A stretch of DNA of 63,531 nucleotides, filler included, from Actinomycetales bacterium (GCA_045807245.1; 6 parts of 6 records of this genome joined end to end with filler, not necessarily neighbours in it); one strand, 5' to 3'. Numbered from the whole stretch's first letter, positions 19,816 through 30,780 are shown. Program-made: numbers and translations. The notes: generated by a model not told the origin, from the letters alone.

Positions 19816-21032
19816 TGCTGGAGGAGTCGTTCGTCGCGGGCCTGGACCAGCGGCTGCGGATGGACGACGAGGGACGGGCCGCGGCCTACCCCGGCGGCTC
19901 GCTGCGGCGTCAGCCCGTGCACACGTGTTACGTGCCCGCGGACGTCTTCGACCAGCGGACACCGGCGACCTGGGGCGCAGCCGCTCTGGCCGCCCTGGAC
20001 GCGTACGGTCCGCTGCCGGGCTTCGAGGACGACCCGGACCTGGCCGCCCGGGTCCGGGCCAAGCTCGCCGCGGAGCCGATCGAGGACGTCCGTATCGACC
20101 TGGAGGACGGGTACGGCGTCCGGCCGGACGACGAGGAGGACGCGGCGGTGCGGGCGAGTGCGGGCGCGCTGCGTGCGATGGTCGACGACGGCGGTGCACC
20201 GCCGTTCAGCGGGATCCGGATGAAGTGCCTGGAGGGTCCGGTCCGGCGGCGCGGCATCCGCAGCCTCGACCTGTTCCTCGAGCATCTGCTCGCCGATGGG
20301 GCCCTGCCGCCTGGCTTCCGTGTGACCCTGCCCAAGGTCACGTCGGTGGCCCAGGTCGAGGTGATGGTCGAGCTGTGCCAGGCGCTCGAGTCGGCGTACG
20401 GGATCGAGCGCCTGCCGTTCGAGATCCAGGTCGAGACGCCTCAGGCGATCCTCGGTGCGGACGGCACCGCGCTGGTCGCGCGCATGGTCCACGCGACGGA
20501 CGGGCGGTGCGCCGGCCTGCACTACGGCACCTACGACTACAGCGCGTCAGTCGGGGTGGCTGCGGCCTACCAGTCGATGGAGCATCCGGTAGCCGACCAC
20601 GCCAAGGCGGTGATGCAGCTCGCCGCGGCCGGCACCGGAGTTCCCGTCTCCGACGGGTCGACCAACGTGCTGCCGGTGGGTGACCGCGAGACCGTGCGCA
20701 CCGCCTGGGCGCTGCACGCTCGCCTGGTCCGCCGCTCCCTGGAGCGGGCGCTCTACCAGGGGTGGGACCTGCACCCGGCCCAGCTGCCCACGCGGTACGC
20801 CGCGACGTTCCGGTTCTACCGGGACGGCCTGGCCGCGGCGTGCCGTCGGCTGCGGACCTACCTGGACAAGGCAGCCAGCGAGGTCATGGACGAGCCCGCG
20901 ACGGCACTCGCTCTCGCGTCGTACCTCGTCCGGGGTCTTGACGCCGGCGCGGTCGGCGAGGCCGAGGTGAGCGAGGCGTCCGGGCTCGACCGGTCCGCGC
21001 TCGACGCCCTGGCTCGCAAGCCCTCAGCCTGA
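19815..21032 (+). CDS. HpcH/HpaI aldolase-citrate lyase superfamily protein
   Basis: RIDLEDGYG, LPKV, QVET, HYGTYDYSA, GWDLHPAQL; TGATG coupled to aceB. Confidence 0.8.
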   Translation: MLEESFVAGLDQRLRMDDEGRAAAYPGGSLRRQPVHTCYVPADVFDQRTPATWGAAALAALDAYGPLPGFEDDPDLAARVRAKLAAEPIEDVRIDLEDGYGVRPDDEEDAAVRASAGALRAMVDDGGAPPFSGIRMKCLEGPVRRRGIRSLDLFLEHLLADGALPPGFRVTLPKVTSVAQVEVMVELCQALESAYGIERLPFEIQVETPQAILGADGTALVARMVHATDGRCAGLHYGTYDYSASVGVAAAYQSMEHPVADHAKAVMQLAAAGTGVPVSDGSTNVLPVGDRETVRTAWALHARLVRRSLERALYQGWDLHPAQLPTRYAATFRFYRDGLAAACRRLRTYLDKAASEVMDEPATALALASYLVRGLDAGAVGEAEVSEASGLDRSALDALARKPSA

Positions 21033-21455
21033 CCCGGCGCCCGCGCGCTCGGGCAGTCCCGGGAACGGGATGCTGTAGCCGCGCCACTGCGCCGCACGGG
21101 CCGCGCAGGCTCCCAGCGCGAGCGCCGCCTCCTGCCGGGCGCCGCCCTCGGCGGCCCCGACCAGGTCCGCGTATGCCGCGGCCACACCGTCCTCGAGCGC
21201 CGTCGCGAGACGGGCCGCCGTCGTCGTGCTGGTGACCGGGAAGGGCAGCACGTACGCCGGCTGCGGCTCCGGCGCCTCGGCGCCCGCCGCGGCCAGGGCG
21301 GCGGCCAGTGGGGCCTGACCGGCCTGATGCCCGGCCAAGGCTCGGTCCGCACGAGCCCGCGCGACCCCGGTGGTATGGGCGCCGACGACCCCGTAGCCGT
21401 AGGCCGCGGCGTACTCGGCGGACAAGGCCGCTGCGAGCGCGTCGGCCAGCGTCAC
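21024..21455 (-). CDS. Ferritin-like domain protein (DUF4439-like)
   Basis: AEYAAAYGYGVVG, AYVLPFPV, PFPGL; usual position next to rimP. Confidence 0.75.
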   Translation of the reverse strand: MTLADALAAALSAEYAAAYGYGVVGAHTTGVARARADRALAGHQAGQAPLAAALAAAGAEAPEPQPAYVLPFPVTSTTTAARLATALEDGVAAAYADLVGAAEGGARQEAALALGACAARAAQWRGYSIPFPGLPERAGAGSG

Positions 21456-22012
21456 GATGCCGTCTTCGGTCGTGCGGGCAGTGCAGCCAGCACGGCGACG
21501 TGGGCCGAGTCGCACGCCGCCACGGACGCGAGCAGCCGCGCGGCCTTCGCCGACACAGACGCCACGTCAGTCAGGGTCGCGGTGCTCGCTGCCCGTTCGG
21601 CCTGGGCCAGGACGCTCAGCGCGGTCAGTGCGGTGAGCGGTGCGGACGGGGCAGGAGTCAGGCTGACCGAGGGCGAGGGCGCCGGAGTCCCGGCCAGGGG
21701 CCGGAGCGCACGCAGGTGGGCGGTGTGGTCCGCACTGAGCTGGCGCAACGCGTCCGCCAGGTCCGGCCGCACGAGGACGGCGCTGGCATAGGCCGTCGCC
21801 AGGGCATCGCCGCGCTGGGCGGCCGCAGCCAGCGCACGCTCGTCGGTGGACAGGTCCGGCCGGGCAGCTCTCGACGGTTCAGCGGCTGGGGAGCCGAACC
21901 TCAGGTCGCAGCCGGCCGTCGCCAGCACCACCCCGCCGGCGACACCGCCGACGCCGAGCCGCAGTACGGTTCGCCGCGCGGGCCCGGGGCGCAGCGCGGG
22001 GCTCTCAGGCAT
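21452..22012 (-). CDS. Putative Tat-exported lipoprotein
   Basis: ARRTVL twin-Arg, hydrophobic stretch, lipobox TAGC; C-terminal ARLLASVAA. Confidence 0.7.
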   Translation of the reverse strand: MPESPALRPGPARRTVLRLGVGGVAGGVVLATAGCDLRFGSPAAEPSRAARPDLSTDERALAAAAQRGDALATAYASAVLVRPDLADALRQLSADHTAHLRALRPLAGTPAPSPSVSLTPAPSAPLTALTALSVLAQAERAASTATLTDVASVSAKAARLLASVAACDSAHVAVLAALPARPKTAS

Positions 22013-22145
22013 CGCAGGATGATCGCACGCTGTCTTCCAGGGGCCCATGCGGCGGGGTTCACATGCGCACGTCCTCGCTAGGCTGGTGGCAAGGACGGCG
22101 CCGCGTCGTCCGAACTCGAGAACAGCTGGGCAGGAGGTGGCGACC

Positions 22146-22754
22146 ATGGCAGCACGCGCCGGCAGCGCCCCGCCCTCCACCGCTGCCGAGCAGGCCCTCG
22201 TCGACATCCTGCGGCCGGTGCTCGCGGACGAGGGTCTCGTGGTGGAGGAGCTGCGGCTGTTGCCCAGCGGTCGACGCCGGGTCCTGAAGCTGCTCGTCGA
22301 CCGCGACCCGTACGCCGAGGAGCAGCCGCCCGACGTGCCGATCGAGGGCCTGAGCCTGGACGAGGTGGCCGAGGTGTCCCGGGCGGTCGGGGACCGGCTG
22401 GACGGCCTCGACGCCCACGAGGACCCACTCGCCGGCCTGCCCTACACACTCGAGGTCTCCTCGCCCGGGGTCGACCGGCCACTCACCTTGCCTCGGCATT
22501 TCCGGCGCAACGTCGGCCGCCTGGTCGACCTGCGGACGAGCGACGGGGCCACGATGCGCGGGCGGATCGCGAGCGCGACGCCAGACGGGGTGGTCCTGAC
22601 CACCGACGGCGGGCGGCGCGAGCTCGGCTGGGTCGACGTGCAGAGGGCTTCGGTGCAGGTCGAGTTCCGGCATCCTGCTCAGCTGCAGGCGCACGGTTCT
22701 GCCGGGCAGTCTTCAGGGTTATCAGGGGGGTCTTCAGGGGATATGGAGGGTTGA
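22146..22754 (+). CDS. rimP: Ribosome maturation factor RimP
   Basis: [27 protein letters not shown]; precedes nusA. Confidence 0.93.
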   Translation: MAARAGSAPPSTAAEQALVDILRPVLADEGLVVEELRLLPSGRRRVLKLLVDRDPYAEEQPPDVPIEGLSLDEVAEVSRAVGDRLDGLDAHEDPLAGLPYTLEVSSPGVDRPLTLPRHFRRNVGRLVDLRTSDGATMRGRIASATPDGVVLTTDGGRRELGWVDVQRASVQVEFRHPAQLQAHGSAGQSSGLSGGSSGDMEG

Positions 22755-22755
22755 T

Positions 22756-23802
22756 ATGGACATCGACCTGGCCGCACTGCGGGCCCTGGTGCGCGAGAAG
22801 GACATCTCGTTGCCGGTTCTCGTCGGCGCGATCGAGCAGGCCCTGCTCGTCGCGTACCACCGCACCGACGGTGCTCACAAGCACGCCCGCGTCGAGCTCG
22901 ACACCAAGAGCGGCCATGTCGTGGTGTGGGTGCACGACGTGGATGAGGAAGGCGTGGCGGGCGCCGAGTTCGACGACACACCAGCCGGTTTCGGGCGCAT
23001 CGCCGCGACGACCGCGCGGCAGGTGATCGTCCAGCGGCTGCGCGACCTCGAGGACGAACAGGTGCTCGGCGAGTTCGCCGGCCGTGAGGGCGACATCGTC
23101 GCCGGCGTGATCCAGCAGGGCCGCGACCCGCGCAACGTCATGGTCGACCTCGGCTCGGTCGAGGGCCTCCTCCCGGAGTCCGAGCAGGTGCCGGGCGAGC
23201 GCTACGAACACGGCGAGCGGCTTCGCTGTTACGTGCTCAGCGTGCGCAAGGGCCTGCGCGGGCCGCAGATCGGCCTGTCGCGGTCCCACCCGGGGCTGGT
23301 CCGCAAGCTGTTCGCCCTGGAGGTGCCCGAGATCGCGGACGGGCGGGTCGAGATCGCGGCCCTGGCCCGGGAGGCCGGGCACCGGACCAAGATCGCGGTC
23401 CGTACGACGGTCTCGGGGCTGAATGCGAAGGGGTCCTGCATCGGCCCGATGGGCCAGCGGGTGCGGGCCGTGATGGCCGAGCTGCACGGGGAGAAGATCG
23501 ACATCGTCGACTTCTCAGACCACCCGGCCGACTTCGTCGCGAGTGCGCTGTCCCCGGCGAAGGTGTCGGCGGTCGAGATCGTGGACGAGACCGCCCGGTC
23601 GGCGCGCGTGATCGTGCCTGACTACCAGCTGTCCTTGGCCATCGGGAAGGAAGGCCAGAACGCCCGGCTGGCGGCCAAGCTGACCGGCTGGCGGATCGAC
23701 ATCCGTCCGGACACCGCGCCGGACGTCGCGGAGCCCGGCCCTGCGCCGGCCCGGACCATCGGCGGCCTGGACCAACCCGAGCCGGCCACGCCCGCCGGGT
23801 GA
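22756..23802 (+). CDS. nusA: Transcription factor NusA
   Basis: [40 protein letters not shown]. Confidence 0.97.
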   Translation: MDIDLAALRALVREKDISLPVLVGAIEQALLVAYHRTDGAHKHARVELDTKSGHVVVWVHDVDEEGVAGAEFDDTPAGFGRIAATTARQVIVQRLRDLEDEQVLGEFAGREGDIVAGVIQQGRDPRNVMVDLGSVEGLLPESEQVPGERYEHGERLRCYVLSVRKGLRGPQIGLSRSHPGLVRKLFALEVPEIADGRVEIAALAREAGHRTKIAVRTTVSGLNAKGSCIGPMGQRVRAVMAELHGEKIDIVDFSDHPADFVASALSPAKVSAVEIVDETARSARVIVPDYQLSLAIGKEGQNARLAAKLTGWRIDIRPDTAPDVAEPGPAPARTIGGLDQPEPATPAG

Positions 23803-24293
23803 GCGCTCGACCGCCGCACGCGACGGGGAAGGTTCCTGGTGGCGAAAGCGCTATGGTGGACGCGACCGATCGCCACGGGCGTCGGCCTGGCAGTGTGCCT
23901 CAGCGCACCTGCATCGGCTGTCGCGTCACGGCGCCTCGGTCGGTCCTGATGCGGATCGTCGCAGTCCGGGCCGGTGACGGGTTCGTCGCCGAGCTGGACG
24001 AGCGGCGCCGGCGTCCGGGGCGCGGCGCCTGGCTGCACCCCTCGCCGGACTGCTTCGACCTCGCGGTGCGTCGCCGGGCGTTCACGCGGGCCCTGCGAGT
24101 CGCGGGTCCGCTGGACACCACGGGTCTGGCGGCCGCGCTGTCCGAGGCCGTGACGAGACAGGGCCAGCACGACCAGCACGACAGCACCACCCACCAGGCT
24201 GCGGTTCCGGTCCCTGGTGACCGGACCCAGCGCCGTACGGAACCGGAAGCGGGTCACAGCGCTGATGAGCACCCGATGAGCACCCAGCAATGA
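23799..24293 (+). CDS. ylxR: YlxR (DUF448) family protein; true start probably downstream (e.g. 23895)
   Basis: [26 protein letters not shown]. Confidence 0.85.
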   Translation: MSARPPHATGKVPGGESAMVDATDRHGRRPGSVPQRTCIGCRVTAPRSVLMRIVAVRAGDGFVAELDERRRRPGRGAWLHPSPDCFDLAVRRRAFTRALRVAGPLDTTGLAAALSEAVTRQGQHDQHDSTTHQAAVPVPGDRTQRRTEPEAGHSADEHPMSTQQ

Positions 24294-24310
24294 GCACCCC
24301 CGAGCAGTAA
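24265..24310 (+). repeat. Three ATGAGCACCC repeats forming overlapping mini-ORFs MSTR*, MSTQQ*, MSTPEQ*
   Basis: Starts at 24265, 24276, 24290; the first two stops overlap the next start (ATGA). Confidence 0.85.
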
Positions 24311-24379
24311 CCGGTCCGCGCCTGAACTCGCCTGAACTGCGATCACGGCCCGGACCACCGAAACGCAGACAGGAGCAAC

Positions 24380-27157
24380 GTGCCAAAGGTCCGGGTCTAT
24401 GAGCTCGCCAAGGAGCTCGGAGTCGAGAGCAAGGTCGTCATGACCAAGCTCCAGGAGATGGGCGAGTTCGTGCGCAGCGCGTCCTCGACCGTCGAACCCC
24501 CCGTCGTCCGCCGGTTGCGGACCGAGATGCCGGCTGCCCCCGCGCCCGCCGAGCCGGCGCCGGCCACGGCCAAGAAGGCCGCGCCGCGCAAGGCCGCCAC
24601 CACGCCGGCCACACCAGCGGCGCCCGCGGAGCCCGAGCTCTCGGCACCGGCCGCCGTCCAGGATGCCCCCGCTGCGCCGGCCGCACCGTCAGCGCCGGCC
24701 GCGACCTCTACCCCATTCGAGACGCCGGCGCCCGAGGCGCCGGCCGAGCGGGTGCACCCGGCCGACGAGCCGCAGCACCCGGCGGCATCGGCGACCCCAG
24801 GGGCGCCGGCTGCCACGCCGGACGAGGCGGGCCGCGCGCCGCGCCCGGGCAACAACCCCTTCGCCCCCAGCCAGGGCATGCCGCGTCCCGGTGGCCCCCG
24901 TCCGGGCAACAACCCGTTCGCACCGAGCCAGGGCATGCCGCGCCCCGGCCAGCGTCCCGGCGGACCGCGTCCGGGCGGTCCCCGGCCGTCGCCGGGCAGC
25001 ATGCCGTCGCGCGCGACGCCGGGCAGCATGCCCGGTCGCGACGCCCGTCCCGGGGGTCCCGGTCGCGCCGGCGCGCCCGGCCGTACCGGCGGTGCCGGTG
25101 GTCCCGGCCGCCCCGGTGGTGGTGGCGGCGGCGGCTACGGCGCCGGCCGTCCCGGTGGTGGCGGTGGCGGTGGCGGTTTCGCCGGCCGCCCGGGCGGCGG
25201 TGGTCGTGGTGGCCGCGGCGGCACCCAGGGAGCGTTCGGCCGCGGTGGCGGTCGCCCGGTCCGCGGGCGCAAGTCCAAGCGCCAGAAGCGCCAAGAGTTC
25301 GACAACATGCAGGCGCCCTCGCTGGGCGGCGTCACCGTCCCCCGGGGCGACGGCGCGACCGTCGTACGGGTCAGGCGCGGTGCCTCGCTGAGCGACTTCG
25401 CGGACCGCATCGGGGCGAACCCGGCCAGCCTGGTCACGGTGCTGTTCCACCTCGGTGAGATGGCAACCGCGACCCAGTCGCTGGACGAGGACACCTTCCG
25501 CGTGCTCGGTGCCGAGCTCGGCTACGACATCCAGGTCGTCTCCCCGGAGGACGAGGAGCGCGAGCTGCTCGAGTCCTTCAACATCGACCTCGAGGCCGAG
25601 CTGGCGGAGGAGAGCGACGACGAGCTCAAGCCGCGGCCGCCGGTCGTGACCGTCATGGGTCACGTCGACCACGGCAAGACCCGCCTGCTCGACGCCATCC
25701 GGAATGCCGACGTCGCCGAGGGCGAGGCCGGTGGCATCACCCAGCACATCGGTGCCTACCAGATCCGCACCCAGCACGAGGGCGAGGACCGGGCGATCAC
25801 CTTCATCGACACCCCGGGTCACGAGGCGTTCACCGCCATGCGGGCCCGCGGCGCCCAGGTCACCGACATCGCGGTCCTGGTCGTGGCGGCGGACGACGGC
25901 GTCATGCCGCAGACCATCGAGGCGCTCAACCACGCTCAGGCGGCGGACGTGCCGGTCGTCGTGGCGGTCAACAAGATCGACAAGGAAGGCGCCAACCCGG
26001 CCAAGATCCGGCAGCAGCTGACCGAGTACAACCTGGTCGCGGAGGAGTACGGCGGCGACACGATGTTCGTCGACGTGTCGGCCCGCACCGGTCAGAACAT
26101 CGACCAGCTGCTCGAAGCCGTCCTGCTCACCGCGGACGCCGCGCTGGACCTGCGGGCCAACCCGGACAAGGACGCCCGCGGTGTCGCGATCGAGGCGCAC
26201 CTCGACAAGGGCCGCGGCTCTGTCGCGACCGTCCTGGTGCAGTCGGGAACGCTGAACGTCGGCGACGCGATCGTCACCGGGCACGCGCACGGCCGGGTCC
26301 GGGCCATGCTCGACGAGCATGGTCGCAACGTGGACGAGGCCCTGCCGTCGCGGCCGGTCCAGGTGCTCGGCCTGACGTCCGTGCCGGGCGCCGGCGACAC
26401 CTTCCTGGTGGCGCCCGACGACCGGACCGCTCGCCAGATCGCCGAGAAGCGTGAGGCGGCCGACCGACAGGCGGCACTGGCCAAGGCGCGCAAGCGGATC
26501 AGCCTGGAGGACCTCAACGAGGCCCTCGCGGCCGGCAAGGTCGAGACGCTGAACCTGATCCTCAAGGGCGACGTGTCCGGCTCGGTCGAGGCACTCGAGG
26601 ACGCGCTGCTGCAGATCGACGTCGGCGACGAGGTCGACCTGCGCATCATCGACCGTGGTGTCGGCGCGATCACGCTGAACAACATCAACCTCGCCGTGGC
26701 GTCGGACGCGATCATCATCGGGTTCAACGTCCGGGCCGAGGGGCAGAACGCCGACGTCGCCGACCGCGAGGGCGTCGAGATCAGGTACTACTCGGTCATC
26801 TACCAGGCGATCGACGACATCGAGGCCGCACTCAAGGGCATGCTGAAGCCGGAGTTCGAGGAGGTGCAGCTCGGCACGGCCGAGGTGCGCGAGGTCTTCC
26901 GCTCCAGCCGGTTCGGCAGCGTGGCCGGTTCGCTGGTCCGCAGCGGCGAGATCCGCCGCGGGACCAAGGCCCGGCTGCTGCGCGACGGTGTGGTGGTCGC
27001 CGACAACCTGGAGATCGCCGGCCTGCGCCGGTTCAAGGACGACGTCACCGAGGTCCGCGAGGGCTTCGAGTGCGGCATCAACCTGGGGTCGTACAACGAC
27101 ATCAAGGTCGACGACGTGATCGAGACCTTCGAGCAGCGCGAGAAGCCGCGGGCCTGA
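24380..27157 (+). CDS. infB: Translation initiation factor IF-2
   Basis: [39 protein letters not shown]; duplicated [17 protein letters not shown]. Confidence 0.99.
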   Translation: MPKVRVYELAKELGVESKVVMTKLQEMGEFVRSASSTVEPPVVRRLRTEMPAAPAPAEPAPATAKKAAPRKAATTPATPAAPAEPELSAPAAVQDAPAAPAAPSAPAATSTPFETPAPEAPAERVHPADEPQHPAASATPGAPAATPDEAGRAPRPGNNPFAPSQGMPRPGGPRPGNNPFAPSQGMPRPGQRPGGPRPGGPRPSPGSMPSRATPGSMPGRDARPGGPGRAGAPGRTGGAGGPGRPGGGGGGGYGAGRPGGGGGGGGFAGRPGGGGRGGRGGTQGAFGRGGGRPVRGRKSKRQKRQEFDNMQAPSLGGVTVPRGDGATVVRVRRGASLSDFADRIGANPASLVTVLFHLGEMATATQSLDEDTFRVLGAELGYDIQVVSPEDEERELLESFNIDLEAELAEESDDELKPRPPVVTVMGHVDHGKTRLLDAIRNADVAEGEAGGITQHIGAYQIRTQHEGEDRAITFIDTPGHEAFTAMRARGAQVTDIAVLVVAADDGVMPQTIEALNHAQAADVPVVVAVNKIDKEGANPAKIRQQLTEYNLVAEEYGGDTMFVDVSARTGQNIDQLLEAVLLTADAALDLRANPDKDARGVAIEAHLDKGRGSVATVLVQSGTLNVGDAIVTGHAHGRVRAMLDEHGRNVDEALPSRPVQVLGLTSVPGAGDTFLVAPDDRTARQIAEKREAADRQAALAKARKRISLEDLNEALAAGKVETLNLILKGDVSGSVEALEDALLQIDVGDEVDLRIIDRGVGAITLNNINLAVASDAIIIGFNVRAEGQNADVADREGVEIRYYSVIYQAIDDIEAALKGMLKPEFEEVQLGTAEVREVFRSSRFGSVAGSLVRSGEIRRGTKARLLRDGVVVADNLEIAGLRRFKDDVTEVREGFECGINLGSYNDIKVDDVIETFEQREKPRA

Positions 27158-27173
27158 CCCGAGCCTTGTCGCG

Positions 27174-27473
27174 ATGGTCGTCGGCACGCTGCGGGTGGAT
27201 CTGCTGCTCGGCGAGGTCCGGTCGCTGAAGGAGAAGCGGTCCGTGGTCCGGCCGATCGTGGCCGAGCTGCGGCGCCGTTTCGAGGTGTCGGCTGCCGAGA
27301 CGGGCGCGCAGGACCTGCACCGCCGGTGCGAGCTCGCGGTCGCGGTTGTGGCGTCCACGCATGCCCATGTCGTCGAGGTGCTCGAGGGCTGTGAGCGGCT
27401 GGTCGCCTCCCGCCCGGAGGTCGAGCTGCTCGGCGTACGGCGTCGGGTACTGGACGACGACGACCTGGCCTGA
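27174..27473 (+). CDS. DUF503 family protein
   Basis: [11 protein letters not shown]...QDLHRR; between infB and rbfA. Confidence 0.9.
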   Translation: MVVGTLRVDLLLGEVRSLKEKRSVVRPIVAELRRRFEVSAAETGAQDLHRRCELAVAVVASTHAHVVEVLEGCERLVASRPEVELLGVRRRVLDDDDLA

Positions 27474-27523
27474 GTGCGCCTCCGGGCGGACGGCAGACTG
27501 GGGCGGACGAACGAGGAGGGGCG

Positions 27524-27979
27524 ATGGTCGACACCGCACGGGCCCGCAAGATGGCCGACCGCGTCAAGGTGATCGTGGCCGAGATGCTCGAGACCCGGGT
27601 CAAGGACCCGCGGCTGGGCTTCATCACGGTGACCGATGCGCGCATGACGGGCGACCTGCAGCACGCGACCGTCTTCTACACGGTCCTGGGCAGTGCCGAG
27701 GAGCAGGCCGCGACGGCGGCGGCGCTGGAGAGCGCCAAGGGCATCCTGCGCAGCGAGGTCGGCCGGCAGACCGGTCTGCGGCTCACGCCCACGCTCGAGT
27801 TCCTCGCCGACGCCGTACCGGAGAACGCCTCCCACATCGACGAGCTCCTGGCCGCGGCCGCGGCACGGGACGCCGAGGTCGCCGCCCTGGCCCAACAGCG
27901 CTCCTTCGCCGGGGACGCCGACCCGTACCGTCGTCCGGTCGACGATCCCCCGGACTCCGCCGAGCCGGACGAGGGCTGA
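27524..27979 (+). CDS. rbfA: 30S ribosome-binding factor A
   Basis: [21 protein letters not shown]. Confidence 0.96.
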   Translation: MVDTARARKMADRVKVIVAEMLETRVKDPRLGFITVTDARMTGDLQHATVFYTVLGSAEEQAATAAALESAKGILRSEVGRQTGLRLTPTLEFLADAVPENASHIDELLAAAAARDAEVAALAQQRSFAGDADPYRRPVDDPPDSAEPDEG

Positions 27980-28903
27980 GTGACGGCAGGGGCGCCCGCC
28001 GCCCGGCGTGCAGCCGGGGGCCCGTCCGGGGTCCTCGTCGTCGACAAGCCGGGCGGCTGGACCAGCCATGACGTGGTCGCCAAGGTGCGCCGGCTGGCCG
28101 GCACGCGCCGGGTCGGCCACGCGGGAACGCTGGACCCGATGGCCACCGGTGTGCTCGTCCTTGGCCTCGGCTACGGCACGCGGTTGCTCACCTACCTGGT
28201 CGGCGCCGACAAGGCGTACGCCGCGACCGTCCGGTTGGGTGCCGCCACCGTCACCGACGATGCCGAAGGGGACGTCGTCGCTGTGGCGGACGCCTCTGGA
28301 GTGTCGCCGGCGGCGCTGGCAGCGGCGGTCGCTGAGCTGACCGGTCCTATCCAGCAGCGCCCGAGCGCCGTGAGTGCAATCAAGGTGGACGGGCGGCGGG
28401 CCTACGCCCGGGTGCGCGCGGGCGAGCAGGTCGAGCTGGCCGCCCGTTCGGTGACGGTGCGGCGCTTCGAGGTGCTGGCCAGCCGGGCCGCCGAGCTCGG
28501 CGGCGTCCGGTGCCTCGACGTGGACATCGAGGTCGACGTCAGCTCGGGCACCTACGTGCGCGCCCTGGCGCGCGACCTCGGCGCTGCGCTGGGGGTCGGC
28601 GGACATCTGACGGCACTGCGCCGGACCCGGGTCGGGCCGTTCGGACTCGAGGGCGCACGCACCCTGCCCGACCTCGAGTCTGACTTCGGCTGTCTCCCGC
28701 TCGCGAAGGCGGCCCGCGCGTCGTTCCCGGCCCGCGAGCTGTCCGAGGCCGACGTCCGCACTCTGCGCTTCGGCCAGCGGCTCGAGCCGACGGGGTCCGG
28801 GGAGCAGCCGGTCGCCGCCTTCGGCCCGGACGGCGAGCTGGTCGCGTTGCTGCACGACGAGGGCGGCCGGGCCCGCTCGCTGCTCGTCGTACCGGCGTCC
28901 TGA
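27980..28903 (+). CDS. truB: tRNA pseudouridine(55) synthase
   Basis: DKPGGWTSHD, GHAGTLDPMATG, SSGTYVRALARD. Confidence 0.97.
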   Translation: MTAGAPAARRAAGGPSGVLVVDKPGGWTSHDVVAKVRRLAGTRRVGHAGTLDPMATGVLVLGLGYGTRLLTYLVGADKAYAATVRLGAATVTDDAEGDVVAVADASGVSPAALAAAVAELTGPIQQRPSAVSAIKVDGRRAYARVRAGEQVELAARSVTVRRFEVLASRAAELGGVRCLDVDIEVDVSSGTYVRALARDLGAALGVGGHLTALRRTRVGPFGLEGARTLPDLESDFGCLPLAKAARASFPARELSEADVRTLRFGQRLEPTGSGEQPVAAFGPDGELVALLHDEGGRARSLLVVPAS

Positions 28904-28937
28904 CCGCTCTTCGTCAGCCCGGCCATGGGAATGCCCG

Positions 28938-28975
28938 TTGACAGCGATGTGTTGCCGATATATCGTCAATGCATC
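28938..28975 (+). promoter_or_regulatory. Sigma-70-type promoter overlapped by a palindromic operator
   Basis: TTGACA (28938)-17 bp-TATCGT (28961); TTGc-CGATATATCG-tCAA palindrome 28952-28969. Confidence 0.7.
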
Positions 28976-29005
28976 ACGAAAGAACGGAGACACATCGTGA
29001 CAACC

Positions 29006-29575
29006 ATGCCTGAACATGAGCATGACCACACTGACCACATTCACCACCAGCAGCAGCACCACCGGCCCCGCGGCTTCGGCCGTCCCGGTGGACGGCGCGG
29101 CGGCGGGCGCCGGGGCGGGCGCGGCGGACGCGGAGACGTCCGGGCCGCGACCCTGCTCCTGCTCGCCGACGAGCCGATGCACGGCTACGAGCTGATCCAG
29201 CGGATCCAGGACAAGAGCGGCGGCGTGTGGGTCCCGAGCCCAGGCTCGATCTACCCCGCGCTGCAGCAGCTCGAGGACGAGGGCCTGGTGGCCTTCGAAC
29301 GGGTCGAGGGTCGCAAGACCGCCTCACTGACCGATGCCGGCCGCGCGTACATCGAGGAGCACCGGGCCGAGCTCGGCGCTCCGTGGGACGACGTCAGCGG
29401 GGGCCCGGGGGGCGGGCCGCGCGAGCTGCACCAGCTCGTCGGCGCGCTGATCGGCGCGGTCCACACGGTGGGCCAGGTCGGCACCCGCGCGCAGGTGAAG
29501 CAGGCCGCCGAGGTGCTCGGTCAGGCCCGCAAGCAGCTGTACCGCATCCTCGCTGAGGACGACGACCGGGCCTGA
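29006..29575 (+). CDS. PadR-family transcriptional regulator
   Basis: RGDVRAA, PMHGYELI, PSPGSIYPALQQLEDEG; His/Gly/Arg-rich N-terminus. Confidence 0.92.
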   Translation: MPEHEHDHTDHIHHQQQHHRPRGFGRPGGRRGGGRRGGRGGRGDVRAATLLLLADEPMHGYELIQRIQDKSGGVWVPSPGSIYPALQQLEDEGLVAFERVEGRKTASLTDAGRAYIEEHRAELGAPWDDVSGGPGGGPRELHQLVGALIGAVHTVGQVGTRAQVKQAAEVLGQARKQLYRILAEDDDRA

Positions 29576-29623
29576 ACGCAGGTCGCCGCACTGAGCGGTG
29601 TCACCGCACCTAGGCTGTGCGGC

Positions 29624-30631
29624 GTGCAGCGCTGGGACGACCTCGAACAGGTGCCGCCCGGCTACGGTCCGTCGGTCGTGACGCTCGGGAACTTCGACGG
29701 CGTGCATCTCGGCCATCGCAGCGTCCTGGCTGATGTGGTGGCCAAGGCCCGCCTCCGCGACGCCCGGGCAGTGGCGGTGACCTTCGACCCGCACCCGTTG
29801 CAGGTGCTGTACCCGGACTCAGCGCCGCCGCCCCTGACCGGCCTGGACCACCGGCTCGAGCTCATGGCCGAGACCGGCCTGGACGCGACGCTGGTCATGA
29901 CCTTCACCCGTGAGCTGGCCCAGTGGGGCCCGGAGGAGTTCGTCCGCCGGGTGTTCGCCGAGGCACTCGGCGCGGTGGAGGTCGTGGTGGGGCGCGACGT
30001 ACGGTTCGGCCATCGCAACTCCGGTGACCTGACCACGATGCGCGAGCTCGGGGCGACGTACGGGTTCACCGTCACCGCGATGGACGACCTCGGCACGAGC
30101 GACAGCGAGGGGCGCGGCAGCGCCGTGGCCCGTGCGGCCGACGGCGCGGTCGGCGGCCGGAGGTGGTCCTCCACCTGGGCCCGCGAGCTGGTCGCCGAAG
30201 GCGACGTCGGCGGAGCCGCGCGGATCCTGGGCCGGCCGCACCGGGTCGAGGGCGTGGTCGTCCACGGCGACCACCGCGGCCGCGAGCTGGGCTACCCGAC
30301 GGCCAACCTCGACCCGCATCCCACCGGTGTGGTGCCCGCTGACGGCGTGTACGCCGGGTGGCTCGTGCGACCGGAGCTGGCCGGCGAGGAGCCGGACCAC
30401 CGCATGCCCGCGGCCGTCTCGATCGGCACGAACCCGACCTTCGACGGCACCGAGCGTCGCGTGGAGGCCTACGTCCTGGACCGGACCGACCTCGACCTGT
30501 ACGGCGAGCGGGTCGGCATCGAGCTGGTGGCCCGGCTGCGCCCCACGGTGAGGTTCGACTCGGTGGACGCGCTGCTCGTGCAGATGGCCGAGGACGTCCG
30601 GCGCTGTCACGAGGTCCTCGGCCTGACGTGA
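29624..30631 (+). CDS. ribF: Bifunctional riboflavin kinase/FAD synthetase
   Basis: GNFDGVHLGH, RGRELGYPTAN, IGTNPTF, VEAY. Confidence 0.97.
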   Translation: MQRWDDLEQVPPGYGPSVVTLGNFDGVHLGHRSVLADVVAKARLRDARAVAVTFDPHPLQVLYPDSAPPPLTGLDHRLELMAETGLDATLVMTFTRELAQWGPEEFVRRVFAEALGAVEVVVGRDVRFGHRNSGDLTTMRELGATYGFTVTAMDDLGTSDSEGRGSAVARAADGAVGGRRWSSTWARELVAEGDVGGAARILGRPHRVEGVVVHGDHRGRELGYPTANLDPHPTGVVPADGVYAGWLVRPELAGEEPDHRMPAAVSIGTNPTFDGTERRVEAYVLDRTDLDLYGERVGIELVARLRPTVRFDSVDALLVQMAEDVRRCHEVLGLT

Positions 30632-30697
30632 GGCGTCAGGCCAGGGCCGGGAATGTCCGATTCGTTGGCCCCGTCACCGCGCTGGTAGCCTGAGCAC

Positions 30698-30780
30698 GCC
30701 GTACGAACGGCCGCGGACCAAGAGAGCCCGGGTGGATCTGCCCCGGAGCGCCGCGCAATGGATAACCAGAAGGAGCACGC
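30698..30780 (+). promoter_or_regulatory. Putative structured rpsO leader
   Basis: -10 TAGCCT at 30686; stems GCCGT/ACGGC, CGCGG/CCGCG, CCGGG/CCCGG before AAGGAG. Confidence 0.45.

Noticed and set aside
22710..22755. TCAGGG x3 at the end of rimP
   Set aside because: Encodes a Ser/Gly tail leading into the nusA RBS; too short to support a claim.
24840..25260. Duplicated [17 protein letters not shown] and Gly-rich repeats in infB
   Set aside because: Normal actinobacterial IF2 N-terminal low-complexity region.
24689..29182. 1497-aa antisense ORF and other long shadow ORFs (e.g. 15386-18235, 921-2693)
   Set aside because: Antisense or off-frame to well-supported genes; an expected by-product of high GC3.
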